Below the pieces are notes generated by a model that was not told where the DNA came from, did no database searches, and saw only the letters and a list, made by a program, of their open reading frames with translations. The translations under genes and the position numbers were made by a program. A stretch of DNA of 64,000 bases from Longimicrobiales bacterium. GTDB lineage: Bacteria; Gemmatimonadota; Gemmatimonadetes; Longimicrobiales; Gaopeijiaceae. The stretch spans positions 640,001-704,000 of the forward strand of contig CAXXKM010000002.1 of assembly GCA_963664435.2 (NCBI GenBank), in the 5' to 3' direction. Shown piece by piece: positions 27,771 to 37,029 of the stretch; within the stretch, counting starts at the first letter, position 1, and each line of letters opens with the position of its first letter.

Positions 27771-28066
27771 GTGGATCGGGTCCTGGAGAATTGAGTTGCG
27801 TTCTTGAGCGAATCCACGAGAGGTAGTTCGGGTTCTACCCTTACATAGCTAATAAGTAGTAGTAGTAGGGGCTGTGGAGTTGTAGACAATGCCTCGCTCC
27901 CGTCCGGGTAACCTGCTTCACCCCAACGGTCTCGGGAATGGAGGGATGCCGTGGATTCCGGTTGCAAAAGAGCATCCGGTTTTCCATGAATCCACAACGG
28001 GGGCCTCGGGAGCGGAGCAAGCCACGAAGTTTCCCCGGTTGTTCCCCACGGTTTGCACATGGGTCT
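27771..28066. other. Chromosomal replication origin (oriC) with DnaA boxes and DnaA-trios
   Basis: dnaA-dnaN intergenic; (TAG)4 27857-27868, GGGC, TGTGGAGTT / TGTAGACAA 27873-27889; further boxes GAATCCACA 27988, TTCCCCACG 28042, GTTTGCACA 28051. Confidence 0.85.
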
Positions 28067-29455
28067 TCAGGCTCCTCCAGCGAGAATCTGCTCCCGCAGC
28101 CGGGCAACGCGCCTGGCGAATTCCTCGTCCGTCTGCACGTCGCGATCCACCTTTCGGATCGAGTGGATGACGGTGGAATGATCCCGCCCACCGAAGGCCG
28201 CGCCGATCCGGGTAAGGGGCGGGTCGAGAATCTCCTTGATCAGGAACATGGCGACCTGGCGGGGCACGGTGACGTCACGGGTTCGCCGCTTCGAGATGAG
28301 GCCTCGGGGTTCCACTCCCCATGCCGACGCGGCGGCATTGAGGATGTCGGTTACCGATGTGGGCGGGGACGGGACGCCGGTCGCGATTCGGGATTCCAGC
28401 AGGGCCTCGTGCGCGAGCGCGAGCGTAATTTCCTGATTCGTAAGGGATGAGAAGGCGAGCAACTTGATGATGGCGCCTTCCATCTCACGGACGGACGAGG
28501 TACACGAGCGGGCCACGAGATCGATCACGTCATCCTCCAGGAAGAGCCCGTCGGCGGCTGACTTCTTCCTCACGATCGCGATCCGGGTTTCGTAGTCCGG
28601 GGGCTTGATGTCGGCCACCAGACCCCACGCGAACCTCGACACCAGGCGTTCTTCGAGCCCGGACAGGCTGTTGGGCGCGCGGTCGCTGGTCAGAACAATC
28701 TGCTTCTGCGCGTCGTACAGGGCGTTGAAGGTGTGAAAAAACTCTTCCTGTGTGCGTTCCTTCCCCTCGAGGAAGTGGATGTCGTCGACGAGCAGGAGAT
28801 CGATATGCCGATAGCGCCGGCGGAAGCCGGGCGTGGCTCCCTCCTGGATGGATGTGACCAGCTCGTTGGTGAATTGCTCGGTTGGAACGTACGCGATGTG
28901 TGTCTGGGGAGCGTGCTGCTGCAGGTAGTTGCCGATCGCGTGCATGAGATGGGTCTTTCCCAGTCCCACCCCCCCGTACACGAAGAGGGGATTGTACATG
29001 CGGGCCGGCTTCTCCGCGACGGCGCGGCAGGCCGCGACGGCAAGCTGGTTGTTGTTGCCCACCACGAAGCGGTCGAAGGTGTAGCGTTCGTTCAGCTTGT
29101 CGGAGGGTATCGTCGGCTTTGACTCGGATATGCTGGACCGATACGGCGTCGTGGCGTAGGAAGGGGTGTCCGCAGCCAGGTCGAAGGTCGTCGGCGCGGT
29201 GTGTGAAGCCGATGAACGGTAGGAGACCGACAAGGGACGTCCCAGCCTCTGCTCGATGCTTCTGCGGAGAAACGCGCCGTACTTGTCCTCGATCCACTCC
29301 ACGTGGAACTGGCTGGGAGCCTCGACGAGAAGTTCGTCGTCGGAGAAGCCGACCGCCTCGGTGCCGGAGAGCCAGGTCTGAAAACTCTGTTCCGGAAGGT
29401 AGCTCCGCGCGGCTGCCAGGGCGTGAGCCCAGATTTCGGAAGCAGAGAGTTCCAT
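28067..29455 (-). CDS. dnaA: Chromosomal replication initiator DnaA
   Basis: YTFDRFVVG, NPLFVYGGVGLGKTHL, LLVDDIHF, QEEFFHTFN, GGRDHSTVIHS. Confidence 0.99.
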   Translation of the reverse strand: MELSASEIWAHALAAARSYLPEQSFQTWLSGTEAVGFSDDELLVEAPSQFHVEWIEDKYGAFLRRSIEQRLGRPLSVSYRSSASHTAPTTFDLAADTPSYATTPYRSSISESKPTIPSDKLNERYTFDRFVVGNNNQLAVAACRAVAEKPARMYNPLFVYGGVGLGKTHLMHAIGNYLQQHAPQTHIAYVPTEQFTNELVTSIQEGATPGFRRRYRHIDLLLVDDIHFLEGKERTQEEFFHTFNALYDAQKQIVLTSDRAPNSLSGLEERLVSRFAWGLVADIKPPDYETRIAIVRKKSAADGLFLEDDVIDLVARSCTSSVREMEGAIIKLLAFSSLTNQEITLALAHEALLESRIATGVPSPPTSVTDILNAAASAWGVEPRGLISKRRTRDVTVPRQVAMFLIKEILDPPLTRIGAAFGGRDHSTVIHSIRKVDRDVQTDEEFARRVARLREQILAGGA

Positions 29456-29527
29456 CGAGGAAGGACTAAGGGAGGAGAATCAAGGTCGGGGCTTGCGCGG
29501 AAAGCCCCCGGAGCAGCGAAGGATGCA

Positions 29528-29556
29528 ACGGTACCCCGGGAGTGTGGAAAAGTCAA
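29528..29556 (-). promoter_or_regulatory. Putative dnaA promoter with an embedded DnaA box
   Basis: Minus strand TTGACT-N17-TACCGT; TTTTCCACA (29543-29551) in the spacer. Confidence 0.6.
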
Positions 29557-29622
29557 TCGCCGAAGGCGGGCCCGCGCCCCCGCGCGGCTGCGCTCGAGCG
29601 CGGAGGGCCGAGCGGGACGGGG

Positions 29623-29652
29623 TTGACGGCCCGCGCGGATTTCCGGTAGGTT
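29623..29652 (+). promoter_or_regulatory. Putative rpmH promoter
   Basis: TTGACG-N18-TAGGTT upstream of rpmH. Confidence 0.4.
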
Positions 29653-29733
29653 CCTCGCCCGTCCCGCGTTTGCCAGGCGGTTGGTACGAATGGCCCGGAA
29701 GGATGCGGGTGGTTCCTTTCACGAACGTTCCCC

Positions 29734-29883
29734 ATGAAACCGACATACAGACCACGGAATCGAAAGAGAAAGAACACCCACGGATTCCGCGCTCGGATGA
29801 GCACTCGGGCGGGCCGCAAAACACTGTCGAGGCGGCGGAGGAAGGGACGCCGCAGGCTGGTCGTGGAGGTCGGCTCGAAGTAG
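29734..29883 (+). CDS. rpmH: 50S ribosomal protein L34
   Basis: Manual translation [49 protein letters not shown]; below ORF-track length cutoff. Confidence 0.97.
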   Translation: MKPTYRPRNRKRKNTHGFRARMSTRAGRKTLSRRRRKGRRRLVVEVGSK

Positions 29884-29933
29884 ACGGCGCAGCCGCCGCC
29901 GAGGGGCCTCCAGGAGCAGTATGCTTTCCGCCC

Positions 29934-30263
29934 GTGAGACGCATTCGGCGCTCCGGCGAAATCCGGGGCTTGCTAAGGCGGGGGAAGCGACGGAGGACGT
30001 CGGAGTTCGACGTCTTCCTCGCGGCTTCCGCCGCTTCTTGTGCCCGCTTCGGGGTGATCGTTCCGAAGCATGGGCATACCATCGTGGATCGCAACCGCTT
30101 GAGGCGCCGGCTGCGGGAAATCGGCCGACTCGAGGTGCTGCCACGGCTCGACACTCTCCCCGGGGAACTGGACTTCCTGGTCAGAACGAGACGGGAAGCG
30201 TACGGCGTGTCGTTCCAGCGGCTCAGGAATCAACTGGTGAAGCTGACCGAGGAGCTACTCTGA
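29934..30263 (+). CDS. rnpA: Ribonuclease P protein component (start uncertain)
   Basis: ARFGVIVPK...[12 protein letters not shown] (RNR motif); synteny after rpmH. Confidence 0.9.
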   Translation: MRRIRRSGEIRGLLRRGKRRRTSEFDVFLAASAASCARFGVIVPKHGHTIVDRNRLRRRLREIGRLEVLPRLDTLPGELDFLVRTRREAYGVSFQRLRNQLVKLTEELL

Positions 30264-30481
30264 AGTTCTTGCTGAGCGGCATTCGATTCTATCGCGCGGC
30301 CATCTCTCCGTTGAGGCCGCCCGCCTGTCGCTTCGTGCCCAGCTGTTCGGCCTATGCGCTGGAAGCACTCGAACGGCACGGAACCCTTCGCGGCTCCCGG
30401 CTGACGCTGCGGCGGCTCTGCCGGTGCCATCCCCTTGGCGGGAAGGGGTTCGATCCGGTGCCTCGAGGACACGCGCGATGA
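30260..30481 (+). CDS. yidD: Membrane protein insertion efficiency factor YidD
   Basis: [44 protein letters not shown]; probable CTG/TTG start after GAGGAG. Confidence 0.92.
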   Translation: MKFLLSGIRFYRAAISPLRPPACRFVPSCSAYALEALERHGTLRGSRLTLRRLCRCHPLGGKGFDPVPRGHAR

Positions 30482-32148
30482 GGCCGGAACTCCGCTTCGT
30501 CCTCGCCATCTTTCTGATGATCGGCGTCCTGTTCGGGACCAACCTGCTCTTTCCGCCTCCCCCGGCCACCGAGCCGCCCGTCCCGGCGGCCGCGGAAAGC
30601 GAGCCCCAGGCCGAGGAGCCGGCGGAGCCCGCGGTCACGACGCCCACCGGGATTGCGGCCACGGCCCTTCCGGATGCGCCCGTGGTGCCCGAGCGCAGGA
30701 TCCGCGTGCAGGGACCGCTCTACGAGTTCGAGTTCAGCAACTACGGGGCGCAGTTGCATTCCGCGATGCTGCCGGGATTCAGGTCGTTCGCGGATGATGG
30801 TCCCGTACAGCTTCTCCTGCGCAGCGGACCGGGTGCGCTCGGCAGCCGGGTGGCGGTCACCGGCGACACGCTCGATTTTTCCGTGGTGCCGTTTGAAGTG
30901 TCTCCTGCGGAAGGACTTATGCTGGCCGAGGGAGATGACCCGCAGGAGCTGAGCTTCACCTTCCTGAGTCCCGACGGAAGGACCGGTTTCGAGATCCGGT
31001 ACCGTTTCGATCCCGACTCCTATCTGATCGACGTCCACGGGCGCGTGCTCGGGGTCGATCGGGGTCTTCTGCTCACCGACCTCGGCCAGGGACTGGCGTT
31101 CAACGAAACGCGCCCCGCGGATGACGAAACGGCGCTGGCCTATGTGGTCAACCATTCCCAGGACGGAATCCGGCAGCGGCCGCTCCGGAACTTCGAGGAA
31201 GACCGGGTCGAGGACGGCCCGCTGCTATGGGTGGCGCTCAAGAGCAAGTACTTCCTGGCGGCGCTGCTGGCAGGGGACGGCCCGGAGGCGGAGCGCTTCC
31301 TGGGCGGGGTGTTCGCGCGGCGCCCGGTCGACCTGTACGGCGGGGAGGAGCCGCGAGTATCGGTAACCGCCGCGCAGAGTCTACTGCCCGACGATTCGTT
31401 CGCCTATCGGGTCTACCTGGGGCCGCAGGACTTCACCCGGCTGAGGGCGATCGGCAGCGACCTCGAGGATGTAAACCCGGTCGGCTGGAGGTGGCTGCGG
31501 CCCGTCATCCAGCCGTTCGCAGCCATCATCACGACGATCCTCATCTACCTGCACAACCAGCTGGGCTGGGGCTATGGATGGGTGTTGATCCTGTTCGGCG
31601 TCATGATGCGCGTCGTGCTCTTTCCGCTGAACCAGAAGGCCATGCGCGCGCAGTTGAGGAACACCGCGGTTGCACCCATGGTCAAGGAGATCCAGGCCAA
31701 GTACAAGAGTGACCCGGAGCGGCAGCAAAAGGAGATGATGAGGCTGTACAAGGAGCACGGATTCAATCCGCTGGCCGGATGCGTGCCGATGCTCATTCCC
31801 TTCCCGGTGCTCATCACGCTCTTCTTTGTGTTCCAGAACACCATCGAGTTGCGCGGCGTCTCCTTTCTCTGGCTCCCGGATCTCTCCGCCCCGGATCCGT
31901 TTTATCTGCTGCCCGTCTTCCTCGGCCTTTCCATGTTTCTGCTTCAGTGGGTGAGCATGCGTACGATGGAGCAGGTGAACCCGCAGATGAAGATGATGCT
32001 GTGGTTCATGCCGATCTTCATGGTATTCATCTTCTTCCAGTTGGCATCGGGGCTGAACCTCTACTACGCGACGGCCAACATCGCCACATTGCCCCAGCAG
32101 TACTGGATCGCCAGGGAGCGACAGAAGGCCAGGAACAAGGCATCCTAG
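30478..32148 (+). CDS. yidC: Membrane protein insertase YidC
   Basis: [46 protein letters not shown]. Confidence 0.96.
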   Translation: MRPELRFVLAIFLMIGVLFGTNLLFPPPPATEPPVPAAAESEPQAEEPAEPAVTTPTGIAATALPDAPVVPERRIRVQGPLYEFEFSNYGAQLHSAMLPGFRSFADDGPVQLLLRSGPGALGSRVAVTGDTLDFSVVPFEVSPAEGLMLAEGDDPQELSFTFLSPDGRTGFEIRYRFDPDSYLIDVHGRVLGVDRGLLLTDLGQGLAFNETRPADDETALAYVVNHSQDGIRQRPLRNFEEDRVEDGPLLWVALKSKYFLAALLAGDGPEAERFLGGVFARRPVDLYGGEEPRVSVTAAQSLLPDDSFAYRVYLGPQDFTRLRAIGSDLEDVNPVGWRWLRPVIQPFAAIITTILIYLHNQLGWGYGWVLILFGVMMRVVLFPLNQKAMRAQLRNTAVAPMVKEIQAKYKSDPERQQKEMMRLYKEHGFNPLAGCVPMLIPFPVLITLFFVFQNTIELRGVSFLWLPDLSAPDPFYLLPVFLGLSMFLLQWVSMRTMEQVNPQMKMMLWFMPIFMVFIFFQLASGLNLYYATANIATLPQQYWIARERQKARNKAS

Positions 32149-32197
32149 GGTCGGGAGCCTGCCGACCAGGGTGGCCAGGCGGGGACAGGGAGCAAGA

Positions 32198-33634
32198 TTG
32201 ACGGACACCATCGTGGCAGCGGCGACGCCGCCGGGTCCGGGGGCCCTTGCGGTGGTGCGAATCTCGGGACCGGGCGCGTTTTCCATCCGGCGCGCGCTTG
32301 CGGCGGATCTGCGTGACCCGGACGACCGGCGAGCGATGCTGGCGGGCCTGCACGACCCGGAAACCGGAGAGCTCGTCGACCGGGGCATCGTCACCAGCTA
32401 TGCGGCGCCGGCCAGCTACACGGGAGAGGACATGGTGGAGATATCCTGCCACGGCGGGTATCTCATCCCGGGCCTCCTGGTCGAGCACGCGCTCGAAGCC
32501 GGCGGACGCATGGCCGAACCCGGAGAATTCACCCGGCGGGCCTACCTGAACGGGAAGATGGATCTGCTGCAGGCGGAAGCGGTGTGCGATCTGGTGGCGG
32601 GCCGCAGCCGGGCGCTGCACCGGGTGGCGGTGCATCAGATGGAGCGTGGGCTTTCGGCCAGGATGACGGCGGCGCGCGCTTCCCTCGTCAGACTGGAGGC
32701 GCTCCTCGTCCACCATCTTGACTTTCCGGACGAGGACGAGCCCCCGACGAGCCTGGAGGCAGTGGCCCACGAGGCGCGCGAGGTGCGTCTCCGGTTGGAG
32801 GGCGTGCTGGCCACGGCACCCGAGGGGGAGCTGCTCAGAGAGGGTGCTCTGACCGTTCTGGCGGGGCGTCCCAATTCCGGTAAGTCAAGTATTTTCAATG
32901 CGTTAGTAGGATACGAGCGTGCCATTGTGACGGAAGTGCCGGGGACCACGCGAGACGCGCTCGAGGCCACCGTGTCGTTGGGCGGCTATCCATTCCGACT
33001 CGTGGATACCGCCGGGCTCCGGGAAACCGGAGAGCGCGTCGAGGCGTTGGGGATCGAAGTGGCCCGCCGCTATTTGGCGCGGGCGGACCTGGTGCTGTAT
33101 TGCACGGAGCTGGGCGAAGGGGTCTCGGATGCGGATGCGGAATTCCTGGGTGCACGCGATTGCCCGTTCCTGGTTCTGGAAACCAAGGCCGATCTGGCCC
33201 GGCCGGACAACGGCACGCCCGGGTACGTGGACGCCCGGGAGAACGGCGGCTCCAATGCGGAAGGCCGGACCAGGCACCCTCTCGCCGCCGGCACGGTTGA
33301 CGTCGAGGCACTGCCTGACCGGATCGCCACCTCCGTGGTCACGGGCGAGGGACTGGAGGAGATGGGCAGGGTCCTTCCGCGCATGGTTTTCGGAGGGCTG
33401 GTCCAGGCGACTGGAGACCTGCCGGTCGTGACCCGCAGGCGCCACCGACGCTGCCTGGCACGAGCGGTAGAGGAGCTGGACGCGTTCGAACGCGCGCTGG
33501 CGAACGGGGTTCCGGCCGAAGTGGCGGCGACCCATCTGAGGCCGGCGGAGACGGCCCTGGAGGATGTCCTCGGGATCGTTACTCTGGATGAGGTGCTCGA
33601 CCGGGTGTTCCGGGACTTCTGTATCGGAAAATAG
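32198..33634 (+). CDS. mnmE: tRNA modification GTPase MnmE
   Basis: DTIVAAATPPG, SYTGED, GEFTRRAYLNGK, GRPNSGKSS, GTTRD, DTAG, FCIGK. Confidence 0.97.
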   Translation: MTDTIVAAATPPGPGALAVVRISGPGAFSIRRALAADLRDPDDRRAMLAGLHDPETGELVDRGIVTSYAAPASYTGEDMVEISCHGGYLIPGLLVEHALEAGGRMAEPGEFTRRAYLNGKMDLLQAEAVCDLVAGRSRALHRVAVHQMERGLSARMTAARASLVRLEALLVHHLDFPDEDEPPTSLEAVAHEAREVRLRLEGVLATAPEGELLREGALTVLAGRPNSGKSSIFNALVGYERAIVTEVPGTTRDALEATVSLGGYPFRLVDTAGLRETGERVEALGIEVARRYLARADLVLYCTELGEGVSDADAEFLGARDCPFLVLETKADLARPDNGTPGYVDARENGGSNAEGRTRHPLAAGTVDVEALPDRIATSVVTGEGLEEMGRVLPRMVFGGLVQATGDLPVVTRRRHRRCLARAVEELDAFERALANGVPAEVAATHLRPAETALEDVLGIVTLDEVLDRVFRDFCIGK

Positions 33635-33657
33635 GCAGGCGAGACGGGGAACGCGGG

Positions 33658-35613
33658 TTGCAGATCGTGGATCGAGAATTTGACGTCATCGTAGTAGGCG
33701 GAGGCCACGCCGGAGCAGAGGCAGCGGCAGCGGCGGCGCGCCTCGGAACTCGCGTGTTGCTGATTACCCCCGACCTTGGGCGCATCGGACAGATGAGCTG
33801 TAATCCCGCGATCGGGGGCATTGCAAAGGGTGTCGTCGCGCGCGAGGTCGATGCCCTCGGGGGTGTCATGGGCCGGGCTACGGACGCGGCGCGCATTCAC
33901 TTCCGCATGCTCAACCTCTCCAAGGGACCGGCCGTATGGGGTCCGCGCGCGCAATGCGACAGGACCCTGTATGCGCTGGCGGTGCGGCGAGTGCTGGAAG
34001 AACTGCCGACGCTGGAGCTCTTTCAGGACATGGTTTCCGACCTTGTGCTCGGGGGCGACCGGATTGCCGGCGTGCGGACGCGCACGGGGCTGGAGTTCCG
34101 CGCTTCGTCCGTGGTCATCACGACGGGCACGTTTCTTCGCGGACGCATTCATGTTGGCCTTGGAGACGGGGTCGAGGGGGGGCGCGCCGGCGAGGAAGCC
34201 TCGGTCGCGCTGGCCTGTGCGCTCGAGGGTCGGGAGTTGGAGGTGGCGCGTTTCAAGACCGGTACTCCGCCTCGCATCGATGGCCGGTCCGTGGACTACG
34301 GAAGGGTGAAAGAGCAACCGTCGGAACCGGGTGTCGTGCGGTTCTCCGCGTATGTACGTGAGCAATATCCGGGCGAGCGTTCCTGCTGGATTACTTGGAC
34401 GGGGGACGAACTCCGGGACATCGTGCAGGAAAACCTCGAGCGGAGCGCGCGGTTCGGGGGGGCCATCGCGGGCCGGGGGCCGCGATACTGCCCGTCGATC
34501 GAAGACAAGGTCGTACGTTTCCCCGACGCCCGCGGGCACCAGGTCTTCCTGGAGCCGGAGGGGTTGGACACGACCGAGCTCTATGTAAACGGCTTGTCGA
34601 CCTCGTTGCCACCGGAAGTGCAACTCCGATTCCTGCGGACCGTGCCGGGGCTGGAGCGCGTGCGCATGACCCGCAGCGGGTACGCGATCGAGTACGACTA
34701 CTTCCTTCCGCATCAGCTGCGGCACACGCTGGAGGTGAAGTCGATTGAAGGCCTTTTCTTTGCAGGGCAGATCAACGGCACGACCGGCTACGAAGAGGCC
34801 GCCGGGCAGGGGCTGATCGCGGGTGCCAACGCCGGTTTGGCCGCTCTGGGGAAGGCGCCGTTGGTCCTGGAGCGCGACCAGGCGTACATCGGCGTGCTGA
34901 TCGACGATCTGGTCACCAAGGGGGTGGATGAACCCTATAGACTCTTTACCTCGCGCGCAGAGTTCCGTCTTCTGCTCAGACAGGACAACGCGCTCTCCCG
35001 CCTGGGACCGGTAGCGAGCGAGAGGGGTCTGTTGTCGCCCGGCCAGACCAGGGTGCTTGAAGAACGCCTGGAAACCGAAGCGCGGCTGCTCGAGTGGTTC
35101 CGCTCGACGCGCCTGCAACCCGATCAGGTGAACGACGCGCTGGTGGAGGCGGGATCGAGCCCGGTGCGCACTACCGCAAGAGCGGTGGATCTGTTGAGAA
35201 GACCGAAGGTGACGTCAAAAATGCTGATTCAGGCGGCCGGCGCGTCGTTTGTCGAGGTTGGTTGGGAGGATGCCTTGCTGGCTGTCGAGGTAGACCTGAA
35301 GTACAGGGGATATGTGCAGCGCGAGCGGGATCGGGCGGCCGCACTTCGAGCGCGCGCGGAGTTTCGCATTCCCCAGGATCTCGTGTACCAGGACCTGTTG
35401 ACGCTGTCGCAGGAGGCCCGCGAAAAGCTTGGTCAAGTACGTCCCCTCACCCTGGCGCAGGCCTCGAGGGTCTCGGGCGTCTCGCCGGCAGATCTTCAGA
35501 ATCTGGTCCTGGAGATCCGGAAGCAGGGGGGCGTTCCCTCACGACGTTTCACGGGAAACATGACGGTGAAACAACACGGTGGCACGTCGAGCCATGTTTC
35601 ACGGGAAACATGA
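33658..35613 (+). CDS. mnmG: tRNA uridine-5-carboxymethylaminomethyl modification enzyme MnmG (GidA)
   Basis: GGGHAG, MSCNPAIGG, KTGTPPR, GPRYCPSIEDK, GQINGTTGYEEA, EPYRLFTSRAE. Confidence 0.98.
   Translation: MQIVDREFDVIVVGGGHAGAEAAAAAARLGTRVLLITPDLGRIGQMSCNPAIGGIAKGVVAREVDALGGVMGRATDAARIHFRMLNLSKGPAVWGPRAQCDRTLYALAVRRVLEELPTLELFQDMVSDLVLGGDRIAGVRTRTGLEFRASSVVITTGTFLRGRIHVGLGDGVEGGRAGEEASVALACALEGRELEVARFKTGTPPRIDGRSVDYGRVKEQPSEPGVVRFSAYVREQYPGERSCWITWTGDELRDIVQENLERSARFGGAIAGRGPRYCPSIEDKVVRFPDARGHQVFLEPEGLDTTELYVNGLSTSLPPEVQLRFLRTVPGLERVRMTRSGYAIEYDYFLPHQLRHTLEVKSIEGLFFAGQINGTTGYEEAAGQGLIAGANAGLAALGKAPLVLERDQAYIGVLIDDLVTKGVDEPYRLFTSRAEFRLLLRQDNALSRLGPVASERGLLSPGQTRVLEERLETEARLLEWFRSTRLQPDQVNDALVEAGSSPVRTTARAVDLLRRPKVTSKMLIQAAGASFVEVGWEDALLAVEVDLKYRGYVQRERDRAAALRARAEFRIPQDLVYQDLLTLSQEAREKLGQVRPLTLAQASRVSGVSPADLQNLVLEIRKQGGVPSRRFTGNMTVKQHGGTSSHVSRET
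35545..35560. other. parS site 1
   Basis: CGTTTCACGGGAAACA versus consensus TGTTTCACGTGAAACA, about 0.7 kb upstream of parAB. Confidence 0.75.
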
Positions 35614-35626
35614 CGGTGAAACAACA
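35546..35626 (+). repeat. 31-bp perfect direct repeat, 50-bp period
   Basis: GTTTCACGGGAAACATGACGGTGAAACAACA at 35546-35576 and 35596-35626. Confidence 0.95.
35595..35610. other. parS site 2
   Basis: TGTTTCACGGGAAACA (15/16 to consensus); encodes the MnmG C-terminal VSRET. Confidence 0.85.
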
Positions 35627-36014
35627 AGCATCCCGGGACTTCGACGTCGGGTTCCTGGTGGGAGTCCTCGTTGGTGAGGGGCATTTCGGTGGAGATGGGC
35701 GACAGCCGCACGTGACTCTTCGCATGCACACCGACCACAAGGCGCTTTTCGACTGGATCATGGAGAACTTCCCCGGGGGCAAGCTGTACGGTCCCTATCG
35801 GCACGGCGGACGGCATTACTACCAGTGGATGGCTCGCGGAGCCTTCCTCAGAGAACAACTGGTGCCCTTGCTGGACCGTTACCTGGATGAACGGCTGGAC
35901 GGGAAAGCCGCGCGGCGCTTCCAGGAAATGAAGGCGCGTTACCTTACCGATTCGGCCCCTGCCGCAGGTTCGGCGAGCGCTCCCCCGGCCCCGGAGCCGC
36001 CGCGGGACCGCTGA
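35610..36014 (+). CDS. Small single-motif LAGLIDADG-like protein (134 aa)
   Basis: FDVGFLVGVLVGEGHF helix, then PHVTLRM / LFDWIMENFPGGKLY / YYQWMARG; ATGA overlap with mnmG stop. Confidence 0.7.
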   Translation: MTVKQQASRDFDVGFLVGVLVGEGHFGGDGRQPHVTLRMHTDHKALFDWIMENFPGGKLYGPYRHGGRHYYQWMARGAFLREQLVPLLDRYLDERLDGKAARRFQEMKARYLTDSAPAAGSASAPPAPEPPRDR

Positions 36015-36181
36015 CTCGTGTCGGGGCCACCCGGATCCATGTCGGGATGACGTCCAGAAGGGCGCGAATCCAGCCTGCCATCGACGCGCATCCACCTTTT
36101 CTGCAAACCGGGGGTCAGGTAGCTTTCGAGGTGGGATCTCTCTCCCCCTATCCGGAGTTCGATCCCGGGACGGTTCCCTGT

Positions 36182-36190
36182 TGTGGAAAA
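36182..36190 (-). promoter_or_regulatory. DnaA box upstream of parA
   Basis: TGTGGAAAA (= TTTTCCACA) 35 bp before parA ATG. Confidence 0.5.
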
Positions 36191-36225
36191 CCCCTCACCC
36201 CGGCCCAGGCTGACCGCTGCTTTCC

Positions 36226-37029
36226 ATGTCCAGAGTCATTACCATCGCCAACCAGAAGGGGGGTGTCGGGAAGACGACAACCGCGATCAATCTGGGAGCC
36301 GCGTTGGCTGTGGCCGAACAGCGCACGCTGGTCATCGACATGGATCCACAGGCCAATGCGAGCAGTGGCCTGGGCCTTTGGGGCCATGATCAGGTCTCGG
36401 GCATGTACGACGTCATGATCGGGGGAAGCTCGATCGAGGAATCAAGGGTTCGTCAGCTTCACTTCCCCTACCTGGACATGGTCGGCACCACGCGCGACCT
36501 GGCGGGCGCGGAGATCGAACTGGTAGGCGTGGAGGCCCGCGAATCCGTTCTGCGTACGGCACTTGCGCCGATTCGCGACGAATATGACTACATTCTCGTG
36601 GACTGCCCCCCGTCGCTGGGGCTCCTCACACTCAACACCCTCACGGCGGCCGACTCCGTACTCATCCCGATTCAGTGCGAGTTCTACGCGCTGGAAGGCC
36701 TCAGCCAGCTCCTGAACACGGTTCGAGTAGTACAGCGGGGGCTCAACACGGGCCTGGAGATCGAGGGCGTGCTCCTTACCATGTTCGACAAGCGGCTCAA
36801 CCTGTCGAAACAGGTCGCCCGGGAAGCCCGCGAATACTTTGGAGACAAGGTCTTTACGAACGCGATTCCCAGGAACGTTCGCCTTGCGGAGGCGCCGAGT
36901 TTCGGCAAGCCCATCATCATATACGATGTCCTGTCGGCCGGGGCCCGCTACTACCTCCGTCTGGCGAGGGAAGTCATTCAGCGAACGCAACATAGACTTG
37001 CTACAACGAGAGCTCGCGTACCCTCATGA
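36226..37029 (+). CDS. parA: Chromosome partitioning ATPase ParA/Soj
   Basis: NQKGGVGKTTT, DMDPQAN, DCPPSLG, PIQCEFYALEG, IPRNVRLAEAPSFG. Confidence 0.97.
   Translation: MSRVITIANQKGGVGKTTTAINLGAALAVAEQRTLVIDMDPQANASSGLGLWGHDQVSGMYDVMIGGSSIEESRVRQLHFPYLDMVGTTRDLAGAEIELVGVEARESVLRTALAPIRDEYDYILVDCPPSLGLLTLNTLTAADSVLIPIQCEFYALEGLSQLLNTVRVVQRGLNTGLEIEGVLLTMFDKRLNLSKQVAREAREYFGDKVFTNAIPRNVRLAEAPSFGKPIIIYDVLSAGARYYLRLAREVIQRTQHRLATTRARVPS

Noticed and set aside
29295..29310. parS-like CACTCCACGTGGAACT inside dnaA
   Set aside because: Only 12/16 to consensus and explained by the FHVE codons.
35094..35609. 306-aa version of the LAGLIDADG-like ORF
   Set aside because: The upstream part overlaps mnmG out of frame and looks non-coding; ATG 35610 is preferred.
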